Both the position numbers and the translations under genes were made by a program. A stretch of 64,000 nt of DNA from a virus (taxonomy: Duplodnaviria > Caudoviricetes): positions 1 to 64,000 of the IMG/VR virus record IMGVR_UViG_2974598881_000001; one strand, written 5' to 3'. This document shows, piece after piece, positions 54,798 through 63,782 of the stretch; the first letter of the stretch is position 1, and each line of letters starts with the position of its first letter. A model generated the notes under the pieces. It did no database searches. It had not been told where the DNA came from and saw only the letters and a program-made list of their open reading frames with translations.

Positions 54798-55394
54798 CTA
54801 CCCGGCGCGGAGAACCTGCAGACTGCGCAGACCGTCCACGCCCATGAACTTCACGAGGTCGCTCCAGGTCTTCGGGCTCGCCGTGTTGCCCGAGCCGCAC
54901 GAGAGGAACCACATGCGCTTGCGGAAGACCTCGCGCTGAGTGAACTGATCGTTCTCGAACTGGTTCACGCGCACCTCGATGCCGATCGCCACGTACTCGT
55001 AGACCTTGTTGTCCCGGAAGACCTTGTTGAAGGCGACGATGGGCGAGTTGCCGTTGGTGTCGTTGATCGGCTCTCGGCTGAGCATCGACTCGGCGAGCTC
55101 CTCCTGCAGCGAACGCACCGTCTGCTCGTGCGAGGTGAGCCGCGACTCGATCGTGTCGCGCGCCTGGATCGCCTCGCTGAGCTGCTTCGCCACGTCGGCG
55201 AGCGGGCGGGAGACTCCGAAGGCCCTGGTGATGCTCTCGCCCAGGGCGTTCGGGGTGATGTCCACCTTCTCGCCACCGCTCGAGGCCCTGTCAGCCTCGA
55301 GCTCCTTGCGCATCCGACACTTGGCACGCTCATGCGAGGTCGCCGGGTGGGTGCAGTTCGAGTGGTTGACGCGCTTCATCTTGGTTACCGTCAT
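54798..55394 (-). CDS. Hypothetical protein with an N-terminal H..C.HPAT...RAKC motif and a coiled coil
   Basis: 198 aa, SD GGAGG. Confidence 0.65.
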   Translation of the reverse strand: MTVTKMKRVNHSNCTHPATSHERAKCRMRKELEADRASSGGEKVDITPNALGESITRAFGVSRPLADVAKQLSEAIQARDTIESRLTSHEQTVRSLQEELAESMLSREPINDTNGNSPIVAFNKVFRDNKVYEYVAIGIEVRVNQFENDQFTQREVFRKRMWFLSCGSGNTASPKTWSDLVKFMGVDGLRSLQVLRAG

Positions 55395-55406
55395 GGGCTT
55401 ACCTCC

Positions 55407-55691
55407 CTACTTCTTGTCGTCGTCGGACGGGATGAGGTCCTCGGGGTCGGGTCGCGGGCCACTGCCCGAGTCGATCGGCTCGCCCACCTGGCGAACTCCG
55501 ACGGGCTTGATCTTCTCGCCCACGTCGCGCGGGCCGTTGCCCGACTCGATCTTCGTCGCCGAGGGGCCGGTGCCCAGGTCGCCGTCATTGGCGTTGGTGT
55601 TGTTCGGGTCCGCGAAAGCCGCGCCGAGGCCGAAGCCGCTGGCGCTGAAGGCGATCATGAGACCGACGGCGAAACGCTTGGTGTTGTTCAT
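55407..55691 (-). CDS. Small secreted low-complexity protein
   Basis: Start re-called at ATG 55691; signal peptide MNNTKRFAVGLMIAFSASGFGLGAAFA. Confidence 0.6.
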   Translation of the reverse strand: MNNTKRFAVGLMIAFSASGFGLGAAFADPNNTNANDGDLGTGPSATKIESGNGPRDVGEKIKPVGVRQVGEPIDSGSGPRPDPEDLIPSDDDKK

Positions 55692-55861
55692 TTGGAACCT
55701 CCTGTGATTGGTTTCTGTTCGGACGGTTTGCCGAACTTGCAGTGTGTGCACTTGCTTCCGTGATTGATCCACGAGCCACAGTCCGAACACGTCGGACGGA
55801 AGCGCTCGGGATTCTCGATTGGCGGCGGAGGCGGAATGCTTGCCGCCCCGTTCTCGCTCAT
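55688..55861 (-). CDS. Small zinc-ribbon protein (57 aa, not in the ORF track)
   Basis: CSDC...CTHC; ATGA overlaps at both ends. Confidence 0.6.
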   Translation of the reverse strand: MSENGAASIPPPPPIENPERFRPTCSDCGSWINHGSKCTHCKFGKPSEQKPITGGSK

Positions 55862-56112
55862 CGCTTGTAGTTGCTCGCGGTCTCGAGGAACTCGGGACGC
55901 TCGGCGGCGCCCTCAGTCGGGCGCGGGGTGTGCGTGCTCTCGCGCACCACACGCTCGATGTGACCGTCGAGCGGTCCGACGCCGCTCTCGAGCAGGGTGT
56001 CGAGGGCCGCCCGAGCCGCGTCGATCAGCACCTTCCTCGGCACCGACTGGTCGGCCTCGAGCTCCACGCGGTACTCGTGCTGATCGTTCTCGAGTTCGAT
56101 GTTGATTCGCAT
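55858..56112 (-). CDS. Hypothetical protein
   Basis: 84 aa, SD AAGGAG. Confidence 0.6.
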   Translation of the reverse strand: MRINIELENDQHEYRVELEADQSVPRKVLIDAARAALDTLLESGVGPLDGHIERVVRESTHTPRPTEGAAERPEFLETASNYKR

Positions 56113-56121
56113 GATCTCTCC

Positions 56122-56379
56122 TTACATGCACTCGCCGTTGTGCTCGGTGAAGCACTCGTTACACATCGGCGTCTTTCGGATTTTGGATTGTCTGTATCGA
56201 GGCGGATCGTCCTCCTCGGCGGCGCGCTTCGCCTCCCAGTGGGTGGGCAAATCGACACCAGTAGCACACGAGGCGTGTTGCCACGGCCCGCCCTCGTGAG
56301 GCGTGACCGGATCGCCGAGGTGAATCTTCGTGCGACATGCAGGACAGGTCGATTCTTTCTTGGCAGGAATGATCGTCAT
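56122..56379 (-). CDS. Small Cys/His-rich protein
   Basis: Start re-called at ATG 56379; CPAC...H..C and C..C...H...C. Confidence 0.6.
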   Translation of the reverse strand: MTIIPAKKESTCPACRTKIHLGDPVTPHEGGPWQHASCATGVDLPTHWEAKRAAEEDDPPRYRQSKIRKTPMCNECFTEHNGECM

Positions 56380-56606
56380 CACATCGCTCCATGCTTCCGT
56401 CTGACGTGACCGACGAAGCCTCCGACAGTCACCCGGTCTCCGCACTCGTCGCATGTCCAGCCGTGCTGAAGTATGTAATACCTCACGAAACCTCGCGGCG
56501 CTCCTGTGGCGTTCATCTTGACGTATAGCTCGGTTGCGATGTACGGGTCATAACCCTGCTTGATCGCCTTGTTGACTTCGCGAGTCACCTTGATTGACCT
56601 ACTCAT
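56379..56606 (-). CDS. Small protein with a C-terminal C2H2-type zinc finger
   Basis: CDEC...H...H. Confidence 0.55.
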   Translation of the reverse strand: MSRSIKVTREVNKAIKQGYDPYIATELYVKMNATGAPRGFVRYYILQHGWTCDECGDRVTVGGFVGHVRRKHGAM

Positions 56607-57124
56607 GCATCACCAACGATCTCCGACAGGGCAGCATCGACGCGCGGCTTGTGCGGGTTGCGTACGTCTTTGCCATTGTATCGCTCACCCTTGCGCATGT
56701 CTACGCAGAACTCGCCCGCGTTCGAGCCGCATCGAGGGCAATCGACAATGAGCGAGTTGACGATATACCCCGAGTCGGTCAACGCTTCAGTGTAGCGAAG
56801 CGTGATCTCCTCGTCGTACTTCTTCTTGCGAATGTCGTTGTCGAGGTCGATGATCTCGCGTGGCGGAAGCGTCTTGCGCACCTCCTTGATTTGCGCCTTG
56901 GCCTCCATCACCTCGAGGTACGCCTTCACGTCCTCGACGCTGCACTTGTGGTAATTGTACGACACGATGGGACGAACAAAGCCTTCGCCGTCGAGGAACA
57001 CGCCCGACCGAACTGAGTTCGCCTCGAGCGGCTGCGACCACCGAGACGGCTCATCGGCCCGCTTTGCCCAGATTACCGAGCCGCCGCACGAAGTGCACGA
57101 ACTGATCATTCCGGTTTCACTCAT
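56603..57124 (-). CDS. Zinc-finger protein
   Basis: CTSC; CPRC...G..C...H..R. Confidence 0.65.
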   Translation of the reverse strand: MSETGMISSCTSCGGSVIWAKRADEPSRWSQPLEANSVRSGVFLDGEGFVRPIVSYNYHKCSVEDVKAYLEVMEAKAQIKEVRKTLPPREIIDLDNDIRKKKYDEEITLRYTEALTDSGYIVNSLIVDCPRCGSNAGEFCVDMRKGERYNGKDVRNPHKPRVDAALSEIVGDA

Positions 57125-57128
57125 TGTA

Positions 57129-57206
57129 TCACCTCCTATCGAGCCAACTTATGAACGCGATGAGTCCCAGCAGGGACACGAACGAAAGGGCCTCGGGCCA
57201 AGTCAC
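57129..57206 (-). CDS. 25-aa single-TM peptide
   Basis: GTGA overlap with the VWA stop; TWPEALSFVSLLGLIAFISWLDRR. Confidence 0.4.
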   Translation of the reverse strand: MTWPEALSFVSLLGLIAFISWLDRR

Positions 57207-59113
57207 AGCAACCTCTTTCCCAGGTGTTCGACCACCTTCCGGTAATCCTCGGGACCGTCCACCTGGAAGGTGTCGAAGCCGTGCTCCTTCGGCGAGTCGA
57301 CCCCCATTCCCACAGCCATGAGAGTGATGTTGTTCTTCCGAGCGTACTCGATCTCCGACTTCAGAACACGCAGTTCCTCGTCGTAGTTCGAGGCGGGCAT
57401 AGCTCCATCGGTGTAGTACATGACGATCTTCTCGGTCGCCTTGGACTGCTCGGCACGCTTGCGGTAGAACTGCAGCGTGTGTCCGTCCAGGTTGCCCATG
57501 CTCGAGTTGATGGTGCGCAGGTTGTTGCGCGCCTTCTTGTCCCACGGCTTGTTCGCCGCCTTGATCTCGTAAAAGGCGGGCGACTCGTCGCCGGTCGAGT
57601 AGCTGTAGTCCGAGGTATGTGCCCACACCTCAAACGAGATACCGAGTCGGTGACACACGTCAGACATGGCCAGGACCGCCATCTTCTCCACCTCGATAGT
57701 GTCGCCCGAGGTTGAGCCTGATATGTCCATGCCGATCACAACGTGATAGCTACGCTTGTCGGGCACAACACGCTTCGAGAACAGGCGCTCGTCGCCGAAC
57801 GGTACCCGGCGCGCGAGCATCTTCCCTGCAACCTTGCCGCTCCGCTGGTTCCGGTGATGCTCTACACGAGCGTTCACGCCGAAGGCCAACCGAGCCGCCG
57901 TGATAGCAGGGCTCAAGTGACGCTCGTCCGACTTGAACAGGTGCTCGGGGTATGGCTGGTTGTAGTAGTTGTTCTTGTACGCAGGCTGACCGGGTTCGGG
58001 GATGTAGATCTTCGGCGCGCCGACGTTCTCGGGAACGTGATCGAGCATCTTGTACGAGTCGACAGCGTTCTGAACATCTTCGGGACGAAGACCCTCGGTA
58101 GCCGGTCCGTCGTCGCCCTTGCCTGAGCCCATTCCGCGCTTGCCGTCGTCCTTGTCACTGATCTCAGTGCCGTGACCGAACAAGATCTTCATGAGCTTGT
58201 TGATCAGCTCGAACAGCTCGTCGTTCTTCTCTTCCTCGTCTGGGTCAACGATCATGTAGCCGTTCTCGTTCATGATCGTCAGCACCGCGAGAACCACCTC
58301 GAATGAGGCGACGGTGTCGGACGCCTCGAGGGCGTCCTTGCCGCACCGCTTGAGCTTAGCATCCCCGGTTACGAAGTCAACCACTTCGTCAACAAAGAAT
58401 CCGTCGATCTCAATTCCGTTAGCCGTGAACAGGAATGCGAGCGCGAGCTGCATCTCGATCTTCATGTCCTCGTAGTAGGTAACCGTACCGTCCTGGTTGG
58501 AGATACCGTTCACCATGATGTCTTCGCTCAGCGCCCGGTAGGCGAGCTCCTCGTCGTGGTCGAAGGCCAACCGAGCCGCGTCACACCGCGCATCTTCCAT
58601 GCACAGCATGAGCATACTCAGCCAAGGGTGGCGCGCCTTGTTGACGTGCCCGATGAGCGGGATGTTCGTGCCCTCCACGTTGAGGTGGTCCTGCATCCTG
58701 CGGACGAAGGCCTGCGGTAGGCTGTACGGGTCGCCCGGTGTGCCGCAGTCCATGAGCAGCGACACCGTACGCCCGACGCTGAACCGGGCAAACGAACCGT
58801 GCACGATGTGCCCAATCTCGTGCTTGAGTACCGTCATGACGTGCTCGCGGGACGCGCACGCGGGGCACAGCAGAAGGCCGAACTCGCGCTCATCGCACAG
58901 CGCTCGGTTGTGACGCTGTGGCAACCCGAGCTCCATCGGCGGGGCAATCGTGATCGTCTTGCCGTCGGTCTGACTGTTAGCACCGGCGACAATCTTGAGC
59001 CCCTGTACTCCGGTCTCGGATCGAGCGTAGGACTGAAGTGCGGGAATCATCGTGTTGAACCTGCGGACCGCCTTAGCGGCGAGCTGCCTGCGCTTGCGCG
59101 TAGTCGCGTCCAT
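57203..59113 (-). CDS. VWA-domain protein with an N-terminal HExxH motif (CobT-like partner)
   Basis: KHEIGH...EDAR; MIDAS motif DISGS and TDG; adjacent to the AAA+ gene. Confidence 0.82.
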   Translation of the reverse strand: MDATTRKRRQLAAKAVRRFNTMIPALQSYARSETGVQGLKIVAGANSQTDGKTITIAPPMELGLPQRHNRALCDEREFGLLLCPACASREHVMTVLKHEIGHIVHGSFARFSVGRTVSLLMDCGTPGDPYSLPQAFVRRMQDHLNVEGTNIPLIGHVNKARHPWLSMLMLCMEDARCDAARLAFDHDEELAYRALSEDIMVNGISNQDGTVTYYEDMKIEMQLALAFLFTANGIEIDGFFVDEVVDFVTGDAKLKRCGKDALEASDTVASFEVVLAVLTIMNENGYMIVDPDEEEKNDELFELINKLMKILFGHGTEISDKDDGKRGMGSGKGDDGPATEGLRPEDVQNAVDSYKMLDHVPENVGAPKIYIPEPGQPAYKNNYYNQPYPEHLFKSDERHLSPAITAARLAFGVNARVEHHRNQRSGKVAGKMLARRVPFGDERLFSKRVVPDKRSYHVVIGMDISGSTSGDTIEVEKMAVLAMSDVCHRLGISFEVWAHTSDYSYSTGDESPAFYEIKAANKPWDKKARNNLRTINSSMGNLDGHTLQFYRKRAEQSKATEKIVMYYTDGAMPASNYDEELRVLKSEIEYARKNNITLMAVGMGVDSPKEHGFDTFQVDGPEDYRKVVEHLGKRLL

Positions 59114-59116
59114 TGT

Positions 59117-60709
59117 TCACCTCCTTACGTTACGCTGTCGGATCTTCTTGTTCTGAGCGGTGACCTCTTCGTTCACGATGCTGAGCACAACTTCGCGAAC
59201 CTCGGGCTCGAGGTAGTCGAGCACGCCGAGGCTGTACGCCTTCTCGAGGTCGAACCAGGCGGTAGCGCGAGCCACCTTGATCTGGTTTCGGATACCCCAG
59301 GTCAGGGGCAGCTCGCCGTTGTCGCTCATCTCGCGCAGGGTCTTCGCGACCCGCATGAGAATGTCTTCGTGGTCCTGGCTGAAGTCGAAGCCGTCCAGTT
59401 CGCAGCGGGCTCGGATGATGCCGCGCTCGGTGTGCTCGTCGGGCATGTCAACGAAGATATGCATGAGTCGCGAACCGTCAGCGTCGCCAATCATCTCGGC
59501 ACCGACGTTACGAGCGTCCCAGGCCGGGTTCATCGCCATTCCCAGGAACGCGAAGGCGTGACGCTTGATGACCTCGCCCTCGTTCTTGTCGTTCACGAGC
59601 TGCTTGCTGTTGTCGGTCAGCGGGCGAATGTACTGCCACACCTCGGGCGGGCCGGTGTTCGGCTCGTCCAACACGACGACGCAGGGCTTGACCCAGGCCT
59701 TCGGGATGCGACCCGGCTTGAACACGGTCTCGTTGTTCTCGAAGTGCATCTTCCCGGCGAGGTCGTCGATCTCCGAGTCGCGCGTAATGCTGATGCGCTC
59801 GAACGGAAGCTGCATGAGCCATGCCATGTAGCGGAAGAACTCGGTCTTACCGGTGCCCGCCTTGCCATGCAGGGCGGGCGTCTCGTCCAGATGGAACCAC
59901 AGGGCTCCGACCGTGTACGAAAGCTGCATGTGATCGACATACTGCTCGGGGTGCTCGTCGTCGCCGGTCGCCGGAATCTTCGCCTGCTCCTCGGGCGAGA
60001 AGATCTCGCGCTTGAAGATCGGCAGGAAGACCTCGCGCTTGCCCGATACCAGGCGTCGCCAGGCGCGGATGCCCTGCTTGTCCTGGGCGTCGGTGACCGG
60101 GCGATCAGTGGGGTACACTGCCGGATCGACGCTGGTATCGACGCGCTCGGCGCGTGCAGCCTTCGCGATCTCCTCGGGCATGATGAACTTGGCGAGGTTC
60201 GGATCGACGTGCAGGCTGTTGAGCATCGTCTGGAAGTGCGCGTCGGGGTCCGATGCGGTCGAGCGCGCCGACACCTTGCAGTCTTTGGCGATCTGTGATG
60301 CCTTGAGGTCGGGAATCAGCTTCCCGAACTTGACGCAGGCTCCCATCGGAATGCCGATGCGCTCTGACACCTTCGCACCCTGCACGTAGAAGTAGCAGGC
60401 GCGGCAGGTCTTCGCGATACCCATCTTCTCGGTGGGCTCAGGCGGTGCACCGACACCGATGGTCAGCGCGATCTTCTTATCGCCTGCGGGGGCGTAAGCG
60501 TTGTGCTTCATGCACCGCGAACCGACCTCCTCAGAACGAATGTGCTCCTGCTCGGAGCTCATGTTCTGAGTAGCGAGAATAGTTCCGAGCAGTCCGCAGG
60601 TGCTCATCATCGTCGGCTTGCCGTAGACCTCGGTCTGCTTCGTCGTGTCTCCGCGACCGATGCGATGAATGCAGTCTCCGCAGCTCTTCGGCCTATCGTT
60701 GTCCGTCAC
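59117..60709 (-). CDS. MoxR/CobS-like AAA+ ATPase with two N-terminal Cys4 repeats
   Basis: Walker A HGKAGTGKT, Walker B VVLDEPN, AMNP sensor; GTG start at 60709 after SD AAAGGAG. Confidence 0.88.
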   Translation of the reverse strand: MTDNDRPKSCGDCIHRIGRGDTTKQTEVYGKPTMMSTCGLLGTILATQNMSSEQEHIRSEEVGSRCMKHNAYAPAGDKKIALTIGVGAPPEPTEKMGIAKTCRACYFYVQGAKVSERIGIPMGACVKFGKLIPDLKASQIAKDCKVSARSTASDPDAHFQTMLNSLHVDPNLAKFIMPEEIAKAARAERVDTSVDPAVYPTDRPVTDAQDKQGIRAWRRLVSGKREVFLPIFKREIFSPEEQAKIPATGDDEHPEQYVDHMQLSYTVGALWFHLDETPALHGKAGTGKTEFFRYMAWLMQLPFERISITRDSEIDDLAGKMHFENNETVFKPGRIPKAWVKPCVVVLDEPNTGPPEVWQYIRPLTDNSKQLVNDKNEGEVIKRHAFAFLGMAMNPAWDARNVGAEMIGDADGSRLMHIFVDMPDEHTERGIIRARCELDGFDFSQDHEDILMRVAKTLREMSDNGELPLTWGIRNQIKVARATAWFDLEKAYSLGVLDYLEPEVREVVLSIVNEEVTAQNKKIRQRNVRR

Positions 60710-60747
60710 TATGAGCACTCCTTTCGGTAGTGGTTGGCGCTCTTGGT

Positions 60748-60786
60748 CACATGGTACATAGTACCACATGTGCAACCGTGTGTCAA
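60748..60786 (-). promoter_or_regulatory. SigA-type promoter with an inverted repeat
   Basis: TTGACA(60786-81)-17 nt-TACTAT(60763-58); TGGTAC/GTACCA extended by CACA/TGTG. Confidence 0.8.
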
Positions 60787-61421
60787 ACGGTTTCTTCTCG
60801 GTACTCGCGGTGTGTTTCGTTCCAGTCCGCGCGGTGCGTGTGGCACATCGGCACGAGGCGGTGCGGTCGCACCTGCTGGAACTTGCTTGGCGGCAGGTGA
60901 TCGAGGGACACCAGCCCGCCCTCGCCCGCACGTTCTGCGGCCTCCTGGCTGCACACGACACAGATACGTCGCGGGTGCTGTAGCATCCATCCGTGACGCT
61001 TCTCGAAAGCGTACGTCGGATCAGGCATAACCTCGTATCCCTGCACGCCCTGCATCCGCTCGAGCTTGTTCAGGATACGCCGGATGCGACTGATCTTGAC
61101 GTAGAAGTCCTGCCAGACCATTCCGTCTTGGTCCTCGGACGCGATCAGTACCGGCATGACCGGCTCGCGCGCCTCGGCGGCGGCGGAACTGTTGAAGATC
61201 GCGGCGCACTCGGTTGTGTCCTCGTCATTCCACCAGGGCTCGTCGCAACCGATGGTCTGTACCCAGTTGCGGTGCACGATGGAGAACGGGCCTTGATTGA
61301 GCTCCATGTAGGTAGGCTCGTCGGGGAGCCGGTCAACGATCAGCTCCAGTCGAGCAGGTAGGTCATACTCGCCCGACAGGGCCGGATCGAAGACCTCGGC
61401 TGCTAGCACACGGGTAGTCAC
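60783..61421 (-). CDS. Hypothetical protein
   Basis: 212 aa, GTGA overlap with the upstream stop. Confidence 0.6.
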   Translation of the reverse strand: MTTRVLAAEVFDPALSGEYDLPARLELIVDRLPDEPTYMELNQGPFSIVHRNWVQTIGCDEPWWNDEDTTECAAIFNSSAAAEAREPVMPVLIASEDQDGMVWQDFYVKISRIRRILNKLERMQGVQGYEVMPDPTYAFEKRHGWMLQHPRRICVVCSQEAAERAGEGGLVSLDHLPPSKFQQVRPHRLVPMCHTHRADWNETHREYREETV

Positions 61422-61618
61422 TCGTCAACCACCTCGAGCTCGGCCTGATCGGCGATCACCTTGAGACACGCTTCGCGCGTGTGGTGCACGAAGCTGACCG
61501 GACCACTGCCGTGTCCGTTGGTCAGTACGCACTGCGTGCGAGGCGGCGCGCCGCACGATGGACACGTGAAGTCGAGCGGCGTGAGCGTCACGCCGTCGAG
61601 CATGTGTAGCTTCTTCAT
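61418..61618 (-). CDS. Small zinc-finger protein
   Basis: CPSC.A.P...C...H..R, same pattern as the C-terminal finger of 56603..57124. Confidence 0.65.
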   Translation of the reverse strand: MKKLHMLDGVTLTPLDFTCPSCGAPPRTQCVLTNGHGSGPVSFVHHTREACLKVIADQAELEVVDE

Positions 61619-61626
61619 GGTGACTC

Positions 61627-62043
61627 CTATCTGCAGGGCTCGTGCCCTGGGTCGGTTGCGTCGATGGTAGCCGAGGCGTCACCAATCTCCGCCCAGGCGT
61701 TGTTCATTGCCTGTGCTACTCGGTTCAGTTCGGCGCGCAATGCGGCCTGCTTGGTTGCGTCTTTGTTGTACAGGTTCGCAATGATCTCGCCCTGAATGCG
61801 CTCAAGGTCACCCTTCGACTGCGACAAGACCTTCTGGCCTTCGCGCATCTTGTGCACTGCGTTCATCCAATTGATGCACGCCTGGCTCGTCTTGCCCTTG
61901 ACCTCCTTCTCGACCGTCTTGGTTACCTGAATCATCATCGGCTGCTGGGGCTTGGCGGGGGCGGGCGGCTCAGGCGCAAACATCGTTACGCTGAGCACAC
62001 CCGCGACCGCCAAACCAGCTACGAACCACACAAAAGATCGCAT
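61627..62043 (-). CDS. Membrane-anchored/secreted helical protein
   Basis: Start re-called at ATG 62043; N-terminal hydrophobic segment; two Cys. Confidence 0.6.
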   Translation of the reverse strand: MRSFVWFVAGLAVAGVLSVTMFAPEPPAPAKPQQPMMIQVTKTVEKEVKGKTSQACINWMNAVHKMREGQKVLSQSKGDLERIQGEIIANLYNKDATKQAALRAELNRVAQAMNNAWAEIGDASATIDATDPGHEPCR

Positions 62044-62045
62044 GT

Positions 62046-62993
62046 TCAGTCGCGGCTCGCTGCGCCGGGGGACCAGACACCGTTCTTGTTGTCGATGTAA
62101 TCGACAAGGTCGGGACGCTTCGTGATGCACTCGGACCCGAGGCGGTAGTACCGGCTCTTGTCATCGGTGAGCTCGCGACCGCAGTTGACGCACTCAGAGA
62201 ACTTCTCGCCGTAGCGGTCAGCGCATCCGGCCTTGTCCATCATGATCTGAGTGAGCAAGTCCGCAACCGAACTGCCGTGGACGGTGTTCCGACCGGTGAC
62301 TCGACCATCGTTCCAGTAGTACTGCAGGTCATTCCAGGTGTCGGACGACTTGTACTGTACCACACGGTGCGGCGCATTGCCCACCTTGGACTTGCGCTCG
62401 GCGAGACGGAGGAACACAATCTGCGTCTCGTCGTCGTTCGCCACAGCGTAGCGTCCGTTCGGAATCAGCCGCAACACGTTCAGGTCGATCTTATCCTGAA
62501 CTGGCGTCACAGGCAAGGCGAGCGGGTCCGGCGCGCTCGGCACAATCGAGACCACGGTGGACATGTCACGCGCGGCCTCGTCCACCGCGTCCAACTTCTT
62601 GAGCTTGCCGATCACCTGGCTGGCGTCGAGCATGTTGGACACCTTGCCCTCGACCCGCGCGAACTTCTCCGCGCAAAGGTCGTCGATGTAGCTCAGCTGG
62701 CGATCGGTCGCCGGTCGCCTTTCGCGACCGTCACGAGTGTTCGGATCACGCTCGACCTTCACGACACGCTGCGCGATCGAGAGGGGCCGGATCACGGGGG
62801 CCGCGCCGCCCAGGGGAGGGATGACCGGTGCAGGCTTGTGCCACTGCGCGCGCACCGCTGCAACGAGTCCGTTCTCCACCTTGGTAATGCGCGCCAGCGA
62901 TGCCTTGTAGGCGGCGCTGAACGCGTCGAAGTCTTCCTCCATCGTGATACGCGCCTTGCGCACCTCATCGAGTGCGTCGCTCAGTTCCGTCAT
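62046..62993 (-). CDS. Hypothetical protein with a DUF6011-like C-terminal zinc motif
   Basis: CVNCGRELTD..S....G..C; ATDRQLSYI motif; start at ATG 62993. Confidence 0.65.
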   Translation of the reverse strand: MTELSDALDEVRKARITMEEDFDAFSAAYKASLARITKVENGLVAAVRAQWHKPAPVIPPLGGAAPVIRPLSIAQRVVKVERDPNTRDGRERRPATDRQLSYIDDLCAEKFARVEGKVSNMLDASQVIGKLKKLDAVDEAARDMSTVVSIVPSAPDPLALPVTPVQDKIDLNVLRLIPNGRYAVANDDETQIVFLRLAERKSKVGNAPHRVVQYKSSDTWNDLQYYWNDGRVTGRNTVHGSSVADLLTQIMMDKAGCADRYGEKFSECVNCGRELTDDKSRYYRLGSECITKRPDLVDYIDNKNGVWSPGAASRD

Positions 62994-63214
62994 CGTTTCA
63001 GCACCTCCTCGGCAATCGCTGTTCCGGTGTTCATCCCCGACAGGGCGCTGAACACATCGTACTCGGTGAAGGCGTCGCACTCAAGCGTGCGCACGAGACG
63101 TTCACCGTGGTTCAGGGCCTCGTCCATCTTTTTGCGAACGTCCCAGAACGTCTGGCCACTGAATCGCTTCTTGTTCTTCGTGTCGTTGTGCCAGGTGATC
63201 GTACCTTGCCACAT
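62990..63214 (-). CDS. Hypothetical protein
   Basis: 74 aa, SD GAGGAGG. Confidence 0.55.
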   Translation of the reverse strand: MWQGTITWHNDTKNKKRFSGQTFWDVRKKMDEALNHGERLVRTLECDAFTEYDVFSALSGMNTGTAIAEEVLKR

Positions 63215-63216
63215 GT

Positions 63217-63534
63217 TCAGGGCCTCCTCGGGTCCGTGCTCGGGTCACGCCAGGCGCTGTTGGAATCAATCCACCAGTACCCATCGGTATCGCCGCGCTC
63301 GTCCTGGCGAAAGACACCGTACCCGAGGATACGGGCACCGTCGCGGTGTTCTTCGTACTCCTCACGACACGCATTCGAGTACTTCTCGAGTACTTCGGTG
63401 ATCGTACGAAACAGGCAGTCGTTCGCCTGCGAAAGGGCCTCGGTGGCGGTGCTCATACCGGCGAACTCGACGGCGGTCACGTACTCGCCGCTGGTGTCAC
63501 GCGCGGCAAGTGCCGCTCCGTAAGTGTAGGACAT
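63217..63534 (-). CDS. Hypothetical protein
   Basis: 105 aa. Confidence 0.55.
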   Translation of the reverse strand: MSYTYGAALAARDTSGEYVTAVEFAGMSTATEALSQANDCLFRTITEVLEKYSNACREEYEEHRDGARILGYGVFRQDERGDTDGYWWIDSNSAWRDPSTDPRRP

Positions 63535-63537
63535 GTG

Positions 63538-63759
63538 TCACCTACCCATCGACACGGCACGGACCACGACGCTGGCCACGCTGTGCCACTTCATGCGGCG
63601 CACGGACCGATAGACCGGGCGCGCCGGTTCGGGCGTCCACGGGGCGGACAGGGGGCTGTACGGGGTCACGCTCGCCGATGCCGGTGCGGCATGGCGCGGC
63701 ACAGCGCCGGGGCGGGCGGCGGGCGGGTAGTCCAAGGTGTTCAGTCGATGCTTCGGCAT
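63538..63759 (-). CDS. Hypothetical Pro/Ala-rich protein
   Basis: 73 aa, SD GGAG. Confidence 0.45.
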   Translation of the reverse strand: MPKHRLNTLDYPPAARPGAVPRHAAPASASVTPYSPLSAPWTPEPARPVYRSVRRMKWHSVASVVVRAVSMGR

Positions 63760-63782
63760 AGCACACTCCGTTTCGGTAGTGA

